Source: Promethearchaeota archaeon (GTDB taxonomy: Archaea; Asgardarchaeota; Lokiarchaeia; Sigyniarchaeales; SOKP01). Taken from it: 64,000 bases of DNA. The DNA lies in contig JAHPZI010000010.1 in assembly GCA_019058295.1 (NCBI GenBank), positions 1-64,000 of the forward strand, written 5' to 3'. Within the stretch, counting starts at the first letter, position 1. The number at the start of each line of letters is the position of its first letter. Positions 28,675-36,689 of the stretch are shown here, in pieces. Made by a program: the position numbers and the translations under genes. The notes under the pieces were generated by a model. The model had not been told where the DNA came from. It saw only the letters and a list, made by a program, of their open reading frames with translations, and made no database searches.

Positions 28675-30357
28675 TTATTTCAATCTTTTTTTTTTATAAT
28701 AACCTTTTATTTGGGAGTAAACAATAATAGCTAGACTCCCAAGTATTGGATATACAAATAAAAAAGTGACAGGTTTTAAAATATAGTTAAGAACTATAGC
28801 ATCAAGATCATAATCAATTTTAAAATCAAAATCATCATCATCGTCATCGCCCGTGCTTGGAATTTGACAAGCACAACCAAATTTAAATCTCCAGAGGTCA
28901 TTCAAATAGTCCTCCGCACCTTTTTGGGCATAACCATACCCTCCGAACAACCAAAAAATTCCGTCCGTATCCGTCCAAGAAACAGAACTCCCTCTAGCTC
29001 CCGGATAATTCGCGCAATTAGGAACTCTCATCGCGCCATATACGCCATATTCATCTGTTTTTTTACTCCCTGACATCCATGCCCACTCCTTTGAGGTGAT
29101 GTTAAATCTCCAGAGGTCATTCAGTACCCCATAACTACCTGATCCGTCATAACCACCACCTCCGAATAACCATAAATTTCCATCTATATCCATCCAAGAA
29201 ACAGAACTGGTTCTACTTCCTGGAAAATTCGCCATATCAGGAACTCCCTTCGTGCCATATACACCAATTTGAATGGGGAAGTTACTCCCTGACATCCACG
29301 CCCACTCATTTGAGGTGATGTTAAATCTCCAGAGGTCATTCAGCCGCCCAACCGAAATTGATTCGGCATAACCATAACCTCCGAATAACCATAAACTTCC
29401 ATTCTTATCCGTCCAAGAAACAGAACTATATCTAGCTCCCGGATAATTCGCCATATCAGGAACTCCCTTCGTGCCAGATACTCCAATTTGATTTAGGATA
29501 TTATTCCCTGACATCCACGCCCACTCCTTTGAGGTGATGTTAAATCTCCAAAGGTCATTCAGCCTCCCCCAACTACCTGATCCAGCACGACCATACCCTC
29601 CGAATAACCATAAATTTCCGTCCGTATCCGTCCAAGAAACAGAACTGTATCTAGCTCCCGGATAATTCGCAATATCAGGATCTCTCATCGCGCCATATAC
29701 GCCATATTCATCATCGGTTTTATTCCCTGACATCCACGCCCACTCCTTTGAGGTGATATTAAATCTCCAGAGGTCATTTAGTATCCCATAACTACCTGAT
29801 CCGTCATAACCATACCCTCCGAATAACCATAAATTTCCGTCCGTATCCGTCCAAGAAACAGACCCCCATCTAGATCCCGGATAATTCGCTATATGAGAAA
29901 CTCCCTTCGTGCCATAGACGCCATTTTGATCTATGGTTTTAGCCCCTGACATCCACGTCCACTCCTTTAAAGTGATATTAAATCTCCAGAGGTCATTCAA
30001 CGACCCAGAAAAACCTGATTCGGCATAACCTCCACCTCCGAATAACCATAAATTTCCATCTTTATCCGTCCAAGAAACAGAACCGCTTCTAGCTCCTGGA
30101 AAACTCGCCACATTAGGAACTCCTTTCGTGCCATATACGCCATATTTAGCTGTGTTTTTACTTCCTGATATCCATATCCCACAATAGGTCCCTCCATTAG
30201 ATGATGATGTGCTTAAGGAGCCTGCTTTCTTGGACCCTGTGGCGACATCAGCAGAGAAAGGTGTTGAGGTGTTTGATGCTGTTATTACCATGAGGCATAA
30301 GACAATGACAAAAGTTATGTCAATTACTTTATTTTTATTTTTATTTAAGCTAAACAT
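28675..30357 (-). CDS. Secreted membrane-anchored kelch/galactose-oxidase-like beta-propeller protein
   Basis: Signal peptide, six PG(A/S)R..SVSW.D.DG.LWLFGG...LNDLWRF repeats, GDDDDDD linker, C-terminal TM and basic tail. Confidence 0.9.
   Translation of the reverse strand: MFSLNKNKNKVIDITFVIVLCLMVITASNTSTPFSADVATGSKKAGSLSTSSSNGGTYCGIWISGSKNTAKYGVYGTKGVPNVASFPGARSGSVSWTDKDGNLWLFGGGGYAESGFSGSLNDLWRFNITLKEWTWMSGAKTIDQNGVYGTKGVSHIANYPGSRWGSVSWTDTDGNLWLFGGYGYDGSGSYGILNDLWRFNITSKEWAWMSGNKTDDEYGVYGAMRDPDIANYPGARYSSVSWTDTDGNLWLFGGYGRAGSGSWGRLNDLWRFNITSKEWAWMSGNNILNQIGVSGTKGVPDMANYPGARYSSVSWTDKNGSLWLFGGYGYAESISVGRLNDLWRFNITSNEWAWMSGSNFPIQIGVYGTKGVPDMANFPGSRTSSVSWMDIDGNLWLFGGGGYDGSGSYGVLNDLWRFNITSKEWAWMSGSKKTDEYGVYGAMRVPNCANYPGARGSSVSWTDTDGIFWLFGGYGYAQKGAEDYLNDLWRFKFGCACQIPSTGDDDDDDFDFKIDYDLDAIVLNYILKPVTFLFVYPILGSLAIIVYSQIKGYYKKKRLK
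28880..30180 (-). repeat. Six tandem ~219-nt (73-codon) intragenic repeats with high nucleotide identity
   Basis: Variants of aaatctccagaggtcattca recur about every 219 nt; GC higher than the flanks. Confidence 0.9.
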
Positions 30358-30393
30358 TATTTTTTATCTTCCGAATTATAATTATTAAATTCT

Positions 30394-30894
30394 TTACCTC
30401 TTCATTGTAATAATTGATCCAATAATGATGATATTAGCACCAATGAATAAGGTATAGAACCCTATACCAAAATCAAAAAAATCCCAAAAATTCATGATTA
30501 ATACTGTATCAAAAAGTTTAATACGTCCCGTATAAGCAAGTTCGACAGCAAATACCCAGGCAATCATAGAAATTATTGCTAAGATCCCCATTAGCAACAA
30601 AAATGTTCCGCCGCTTTTACCTTTCCTAGCACTATTTCCCTTAATTATTGTTATAATTGATATAATTATTATTTCAATTCCACACATAAAACCATAAAAT
30701 TCAGGCGCAAATTTAAATGATGATTTTTCTATATCAGTTCCTTCAGCGATATAAAATCCCCATATCCAATAATAAACATCCACATCTGTTCCAAAAAATT
30801 CCCACCTAACATAAGCTGCAGGTAGAAAAGTTGAAATTAGAATAAAAAAGCCTCCAATCATAGCTGTAATTCCCCCTGTTATTTCACGTCCCAT
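30394..30894 (-). CDS. Four-TM membrane protein
   Basis: Four hydrophobic helices; aromatic first loop YYWIWGFY; FGIGFY before TM4. Confidence 0.75.
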   Translation of the reverse strand: MGREITGGITAMIGGFFILISTFLPAAYVRWEFFGTDVDVYYWIWGFYIAEGTDIEKSSFKFAPEFYGFMCGIEIIIISIITIIKGNSARKGKSGGTFLLLMGILAIISMIAWVFAVELAYTGRIKLFDTVLIMNFWDFFDFGIGFYTLFIGANIIIIGSIITMKR

Positions 30895-30906
30895 AGGTTT
30901 ACCAAC

Positions 30907-31731
30907 TCATCTTAATTTTTTTAATAGTATTCTAATTACAATTATAATTACTACTGAAGTAAAAGCAATGATTCCTAAAATGAACCAATTTTTATACTCC
31001 TGAATCAATCCTAATTCCAATTCAACTTTTATTATTGTACGACCAGTATATTTCCATTCATAAAACCAAAGAACTCCATCTTCAGTATATTTATAAACAT
31101 ATTCCCAATCTTCCTCCTCATCAGCTGGTTTTTCATCAATATTCAGAATAAAACCATTTTCATTATTTTCTCGGTTAATTTTGATTTTTTTATACTCGTT
31201 TGCTAAATAGTAGTCTTCAACTTGAATAATTAACTTATCCCAGTCCAAGGAACTTGAAATAAAATAAGGTAATTCAGATTCAAGAATATCTTCATCCAAA
31301 AAAAATCCAATTTTAAATAGATTGCTATAAAATTCTAACTCATCACTATCAAAGATAGCGAATGTTTCATCTTTTTCTTCTAGTTTCCAATCATTTGCAA
31401 TGCGATTTTCAGTAATATAGTAATTATATGTAATTCTTACACCTCGAGCTCCAAGAATGGATTTTTCTTTATCACCAATATCTAAAATTACAATTTTTAT
31501 AGCTTCCTTATCCTCATCGAGATCAACATTTTCTTCTATCCAACCTGGTGACTTTCCGATATGCCTGTAATATCTCTCTAGATTCTTTTCATTATATTCA
31601 GTTTGCCAAATAAATGTATTATTTTCACTTATTTCCACATATTTAGGTCTAAATGCTAGAGCTATATTTATAAGAGGGAGAATAAACAAGCTAATTAATA
31701 CTAAAAATTTGATGATTGTTATTTTTTTAAT
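30907..31731 (-). CDS. Secreted, C-terminally anchored hypothetical protein, probable ATT start
   Basis: AGGTGA SD 7 nt before ATT gives (M)KKITIIKFLVLISLFILPLINIALA signal peptide; C-terminal TM plus KKLR. Confidence 0.7.
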   Translation of the reverse strand: MKKITIIKFLVLISLFILPLINIALAFRPKYVEISENNTFIWQTEYNEKNLERYYRHIGKSPGWIEENVDLDEDKEAIKIVILDIGDKEKSILGARGVRITYNYYITENRIANDWKLEEKDETFAIFDSDELEFYSNLFKIGFFLDEDILESELPYFISSSLDWDKLIIQVEDYYLANEYKKIKINRENNENGFILNIDEKPADEEEDWEYVYKYTEDGVLWFYEWKYTGRTIIKVELELGLIQEYKNWFILGIIAFTSVVIIIVIRILLKKLR

Positions 31732-31834
31732 GTAATATTCACCTTAATTAAATTTATTTAGAATCAACTTCTTTTTCTTTTTCTAAAATGTGTCTTATAT
31801 CATGTTTCTTCTTACCTTTCAATTTTTTAACTTT

Positions 31835-32623
31835 TTATTTTTTTACTTTTTTAATAATAGAGCATATTATTATTGTTATCCCAGTAGTTGCTCCAGTCGC
31901 AATAAGAAAGGGGAGCAACTCGAAAAATAATTCATTTTCAGATGGATTTTTGTGTGAACCCCAATATAGAGCACGAAATATAACATTTCCACCTAATATT
32001 ATCATGTATTCTCTTAAAAATCCTTTATCGCTATCATATCTATAATATATATAATGAGTTCCAAAGCTTTGTACTATAGTGCATTGACCAACATAAGTAG
32101 TATTTATATGCCAGGGAATACTTTTTAAATAGGTTTTTACATCATCCATAGCAATGCTCATGAGGACATCACTATTATTATGCATTTTTTTAACTGTGTA
32201 ATAAGCCGATCTAGGTTCATAATCAGGAGGATATTCAAAAACATGGATTTCACCTAAATCATCATGACCCTGAAAGAAATCATTTTCATCATCTGTAAAT
32301 CCCCATATTCTATATCTAATTTTATAATAATCAGTATTATGTGTAGTTGATTTTTTATCAATCTGATAGATTTCATAACAAATTTTTTCTGCTTTATCCG
32401 GATCTGAGTAAAATTCAAAATTTATCGAATTTAGATCTTCAGCTTCAAAATCTGTTATTTTATAAATAAATGTATCGCCTTTCTTTACTTTCAAATCAAA
32501 ATCAGCTTTAACTTCACGCGTATTTAAAAAAATAGAATTGATAAAGATGATCATGAGAACTAGAATGATTTCTGTTAACAAAACTAATTTAGCTTTCAAC
32601 TTGAAGAGTCTTAGCTTTTTCAC
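31835..32623 (-). CDS. Secreted, C-terminally anchored hypothetical protein (distant paralog of 30907..31731)
   Basis: Signal peptide, VKKGDTFIY, YRYDSDKGFL, C-terminal TM and basic tail. Confidence 0.7.
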   Translation of the reverse strand: MKKLRLFKLKAKLVLLTEIILVLMIIFINSIFLNTREVKADFDLKVKKGDTFIYKITDFEAEDLNSINFEFYSDPDKAEKICYEIYQIDKKSTTHNTDYYKIRYRIWGFTDDENDFFQGHDDLGEIHVFEYPPDYEPRSAYYTVKKMHNNSDVLMSIAMDDVKTYLKSIPWHINTTYVGQCTIVQSFGTHYIYYRYDSDKGFLREYMIILGGNVIFRALYWGSHKNPSENELFFELLPFLIATGATTGITIIICSIIKKVKK

Positions 32624-32778
32624 CTTTCTCTCCTAAATCTCTTAATTTTGGAAAATTATCTTTTCTTTAATCTAATTTAGGGATGTTTATATATAAAACT
32701 TATTTTTTATAAGTGATAAATTCCCCTCTCTTGACAAAAACGATTGGATGTATTAAATAATTAAAAAACTAATTTAAT

Positions 32779-33909
32779 TCAAGAAAATCCTAAAAGAAAT
32801 TTATTGCCAAGATTTACCTTTTCTAAATATTTCTGAGCAACTTCTAAACATTTCATCGCTTGTTTTCTTGGAGTTATTGGTAAATCTCTCATTTGATAAT
32901 CCCCATGAAATATCAATAGACTGTAGGGAATTTTAGGATTTATTTCTCTAATGAATTTTGCTATGTGCTCTACTTCTTCGTGATTAGTATAACCAGGTAC
33001 CATTAATGTACACCCGCTCATTTCCGGCATATTATCCTTTCTTGTGCCAAAATAATTTTCTGCTAAGAATTTGAAATTTTCAAGAGTTCTGCTATTGCTA
33101 ATGCCGCACAATGCTAAGTTTAATTTCTTATTGAAGCTTTTTAAGTCAAATTTGATGTTTCCGCCACTTTTGATTGCAATTTCCATACATTTCTCAACTA
33201 AATCGCGCCTTCCGCTTCCGTTCCATTCCCAACATATACGCATGATTCTATCTTTCTCTATTTTTTCTAATATTAATTCTGCTAAATTAATTGAAAAAGG
33301 CAACTGCGACTCGGGGGTTCCTCCAAAATAGCATAAACAAGTTATTTTTTCGTTCTTTACAATTTGATTTGCTAAAAACTCGGCTTCAAATAAGTGCTTT
33401 TTTGAAAAATTTTTATGAGACGAGTTTTGGCAGAACAAACAGTCAAAAGTGCAGCCGTACAAAAAAGCAGCATAGCTGTATGTTCCATATTCAGGACCTT
33501 TATAATTTGAATATTCAGGATAGCCGCTTGAACTTCCCGCAGGACAAAACCATGAATTACAGCAGTTTGTTGGATTTGCATCTATATATCCGTGAATATA
33601 ACCTTTTGATTTTGAGGGGTAAGGTAATTCTCCTGTCTCTTTTTTTTGGATATTTCTTAATCCACAATAACTTGTATCATCCGCAGAAAGACGACATTCA
33701 TTAATACAAAAATTACACTTTAATTTGACATTTCTTTCTACTTTTGGAGGATCTGACGGTAGATCTACAAGTTTTCGAACTTCGGTGTGAACTGAGTGTA
33801 AGTGAGGTTTAATTATATCCCAATCTCCATTAATAATACAATCTCTACATACTTGGAGCACTTGAGATATTAGTTTATCTTTTTTTCCACAAAATTTGCA
33901 TGTTCCCAT
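32779..33909 (-). CDS. Radical SAM protein (PFL-activating enzyme / AmmeMemoRadiSam-like)
   Basis: CTFDCLFCQN motif, extra N-terminal CxxC clusters, FGGTPE, FDLK, VPG. Confidence 0.88.
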   Translation of the reverse strand: MGTCKFCGKKDKLISQVLQVCRDCIINGDWDIIKPHLHSVHTEVRKLVDLPSDPPKVERNVKLKCNFCINECRLSADDTSYCGLRNIQKKETGELPYPSKSKGYIHGYIDANPTNCCNSWFCPAGSSSGYPEYSNYKGPEYGTYSYAAFLYGCTFDCLFCQNSSHKNFSKKHLFEAEFLANQIVKNEKITCLCYFGGTPESQLPFSINLAELILEKIEKDRIMRICWEWNGSGRRDLVEKCMEIAIKSGGNIKFDLKSFNKKLNLALCGISNSRTLENFKFLAENYFGTRKDNMPEMSGCTLMVPGYTNHEEVEHIAKFIREINPKIPYSLLIFHGDYQMRDLPITPRKQAMKCLEVAQKYLEKVNLGNKFLLGFS

Positions 33910-33912
33910 TTT

Positions 33913-34557
33913 TTATCGTTTTTTCTTTAGAAGTAAATAAGTTTGACCTGATTTTTGTTTAGGATTATTTTTTATCATAAAACCATCAAAACCGTTATAT
34001 TTAAACGAATCAGTGAACAGTTCCAACTCTTCATCATTTTCAGGATAAAATTCTATTATTACTCGACCATTTTTTTTCAAAATTTTATTCAAATAGTTTG
34101 CTGTATTTTTAACAACTTTCTTTTTTTCCCTGCCATATTTCTCATAGGTGATGAAGTTATAAGATGAGATTGAAAGAATATGATCAATTGAATTGTATTT
34201 AATAGGTAAATGATTAATATCTGCGAGAATTAAATCCAAATTACTAATCTTGAGGTTTTTTCTCTTTGCATTTGCTTTTATAAGCATATCGCTCAAAATA
34301 TCCACTCCTACTACTCTAAAACCACTTGAAATTATCATCTCCGATGAAAATCCGGTTCCACACCCTAGGTCTAAAATTAAATATGGAAAATTTTTAAGAA
34401 TATTATTATTATCTTCTCCTAATTCCTTATCGAAAAGATATTGAATACATTTAAATGTGGTCCTTTTTTGATTTCGTTCCATCCATTTTTGATTCTCATA
34501 TTCTTCAGCTTTCGAACCAATATAATCATATGGAAATTCTGGAATTTTCATGATCAT
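33913..34557 (-). CDS. Class I SAM methyltransferase, Bud23/WBSCR22-like
   Basis: LDLGCGTG, GVDI...ML, SISS, GRVIIEFYPENDEELEL...GF.G. Confidence 0.85.
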   Translation of the reverse strand: MIMKIPEFPYDYIGSKAEEYENQKWMERNQKRTTFKCIQYLFDKELGEDNNNILKNFPYLILDLGCGTGFSSEMIISSGFRVVGVDILSDMLIKANAKRKNLKISNLDLILADINHLPIKYNSIDHILSISSYNFITYEKYGREKKKVVKNTANYLNKILKKNGRVIIEFYPENDEELELFTDSFKYNGFDGFMIKNNPKQKSGQTYLLLKKKR

Positions 34558-34694
34558 TAGATTGATTTTTTCGTTCTATCGAAACTCTCATTTATAAACA
34601 ACAAAATTATTAAAATAGAAAAACTCACTATTTAAAAATAAGTTTTACTATTATAATTATGCTTTAAAACAAAAGATAAATTATAAAACCAAAA

Positions 34695-35075
34695 ATGTCT
34701 GCAAAAAATACAATTCTCATCGTAGATGATGAGCCAGATATTGTAAACTTAACAGAAAAGTTCCTTAAATTGGGGGATTTTGAAACTTTGACATGTGCCA
34801 ATGGACGCGATGCATTGGAAATCATTGAAGAAAAATATGATGAAATTGCCCTTGTTTTATTAGACATTATGATGCCCGGGACATCGGGATACTCTGTACT
34901 TCAGAGGATTAAGGAGAATGATAAATATAAGGATATCTTAGTGATCTTATTTACAGTGAAGAGTTTCAATGAAGACATTCAAAAGGGAAAAAAATTGGGG
35001 GCAGATGGTTATTTAACTAAACCTTTTAGTGGCAAAGAACTATTAAAATATGTACAAGATAAATTGGCAAATTAA
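34695..35075 (+). CDS. Stand-alone response regulator receiver domain
   Basis: ILIVDDEP, LLDIMMPG, T, GADGYLTKPF. Confidence 0.95.
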   Translation: MSAKNTILIVDDEPDIVNLTEKFLKLGDFETLTCANGRDALEIIEEKYDEIALVLLDIMMPGTSGYSVLQRIKENDKYKDILVILFTVKSFNEDIQKGKKLGADGYLTKPFSGKELLKYVQDKLAN

Positions 35076-35079
35076 ATTC

Positions 35080-36279
35080 TTAGAAAAAAGGGCTTAAAAG
35101 ATCTTTCAAGATATACCAATAGATTAAAAACCCAATTAACATTATAATCAGCGTTTTTCTTATCATATGTGCCGAGTGAAAAGTTTTTGGTTTTCTCCCT
35201 TTTCGGTTCAATAATTTTGGGAATAGATCGTGATCATGAGGCTCTTTCTGATACCAATAAGCTGTTGATGACCAATCGTCTTTTCGATGATTATCATGAC
35301 CATGTTCAATAGATACTATGATTTTTTTATTAAAATATACTGGATCTTCAATATGGTATCTATAATAAGAGATTTTTCCCCACCAATTTAATCCACCTCC
35401 CTTTATCGTGCCATGATAAGGAGCAAAATACTTTTTATGCTGGGACCATGCTTGATTCACATAATCTTCCGTTCCAGTTCCATGAAGCGTTGGTAATCCC
35501 TTTTCAATGTCCTCGTCAATAAATATCATATCATCCCCCTCGCCTGGCCAGTTTGCAAACCATGGCATAAAGGTTTTATTATCAATATTTAAATGGCATC
35601 CCACATAATGTCCCTTGCCTTTTGCTTCGAGAATTTTATAATTGTATTTTAATGGTTCTTTATTTTTTCCAGAAGCCATAAATCTAATTGGTCTTAAAGT
35701 AGTAAATCTTTTCCCTGTCTCACTATCTCGCTTTTTAACTTTTGGTGGATTTTCTCGACGCCACTGTGCGTGAAATCTACCAAAATCCTTTTCATTTTCA
35801 AGTCCGTTCTCGAATATGTCGTAATCAATATAGTAATAAAGCTTAAACTTTGTAGGATTATCATTTTCAAGGGTAATTTTGTATCCCGATGAAAAGGGCA
35901 TTGGCCACCAACAATTAAAGCCTTTCCCTCTATGTGGGCTCATTTGAAGTGGTAAAGAAACAAAATTTTTATGTTTTGCGTGCCCTAAACCAAAAAAGTC
36001 ACCAAATGGTACTTCTACGCTTGGTTTGCCTTCAGGTTCTCCATCCCAATACATTCTTAGAATCGCATTACGTAGAGAACGTCTTGAAACACAAGCATAT
36101 GTGCACCAAATATGTTTTATACAGCCAGCTCCACTTATTTCTCCTAATACAGCAGTTTCACCCGATTTAATTATAATCCAATCTTTATTGCCTCCTTCCT
36201 TGTCGTGGCTTGATAATCTCCTTCTCTTAACAGAATCAGATCTGAGTTTGGCTATATCATCTAATTTTCCTAATTTCAT
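35080..36279 (-). CDS. DUF2961 / GH172 family glycoside hydrolase with C-terminal TM
   Basis: GAGCIKHIW, PSVEVPFGDFFG, WPMPF, GEGDD, GTGTEDY, YRYH..DP.YF, IEHGH. Confidence 0.9.
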   Translation of the reverse strand: MKLGKLDDIAKLRSDSVKRRRLSSHDKEGGNKDWIIIKSGETAVLGEISGAGCIKHIWCTYACVSRRSLRNAILRMYWDGEPEGKPSVEVPFGDFFGLGHAKHKNFVSLPLQMSPHRGKGFNCWWPMPFSSGYKITLENDNPTKFKLYYYIDYDIFENGLENEKDFGRFHAQWRRENPPKVKKRDSETGKRFTTLRPIRFMASGKNKEPLKYNYKILEAKGKGHYVGCHLNIDNKTFMPWFANWPGEGDDMIFIDEDIEKGLPTLHGTGTEDYVNQAWSQHKKYFAPYHGTIKGGGLNWWGKISYYRYHIEDPVYFNKKIIVSIEHGHDNHRKDDWSSTAYWYQKEPHDHDLFPKLLNRKGRKPKTFHSAHMIRKTLIIMLIGFLIYWYILKDLLSPFF

Positions 36280-36358
36280 AATTATATTTACACTATTAAA
36301 CTATTAAAGAATTCAGTTAAAATTATTATAAGTCTAGAACAATTATTATAACATTGTT

Positions 36359-36417
36359 ATGAAAAAAAATGAGTTAAAGATAGTAGTATTCGCACGCTGA
36401 TGATGAATTGGTTGTTG
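36359..36417 (+). pseudogene. Degenerate copy of the first ~60 nt of the PIG-L deacetylase gene at 38838
   Basis: atgaaaaaaaatgagttaaagatagtagtattcgcac..gctgatgatgaattg vs atgaaaaaaaatgaattaaagatagtaatattcgcagctcatcctgatgatgaattg. Confidence 0.8.
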
Positions 36418-36689
36418 TCTCTTTTAGATTTTGATATTATATTAATTTATTCAATTAAAAATATTCTTGATTTGTAAAATGAGATTTTAAATCTGAATAT
36501 ATTGAATTTAAATTGAAAAGACCTATGCTTACTAAAAGGCAGGAATCTTGATGTAGATTTGAATTTATCTCTCTTTCTATAGACTTAGATTTTTCAAATT
36601 ATTTTTTTACAAAAATATAAAAGATTTATATACAAAAGTGTCTTACTTATATTTGATTTTTAAAAATAACCTTAAAGGGTGAAATTAAA

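Noticed and set aside
28880-30180. Kelch repeats as DGR template/variable repeats or a CRISPR array
   Set aside because: All repeats are in-frame coding units, differences are not adenine-specific, and there is no reverse transcriptase or cas gene in the window
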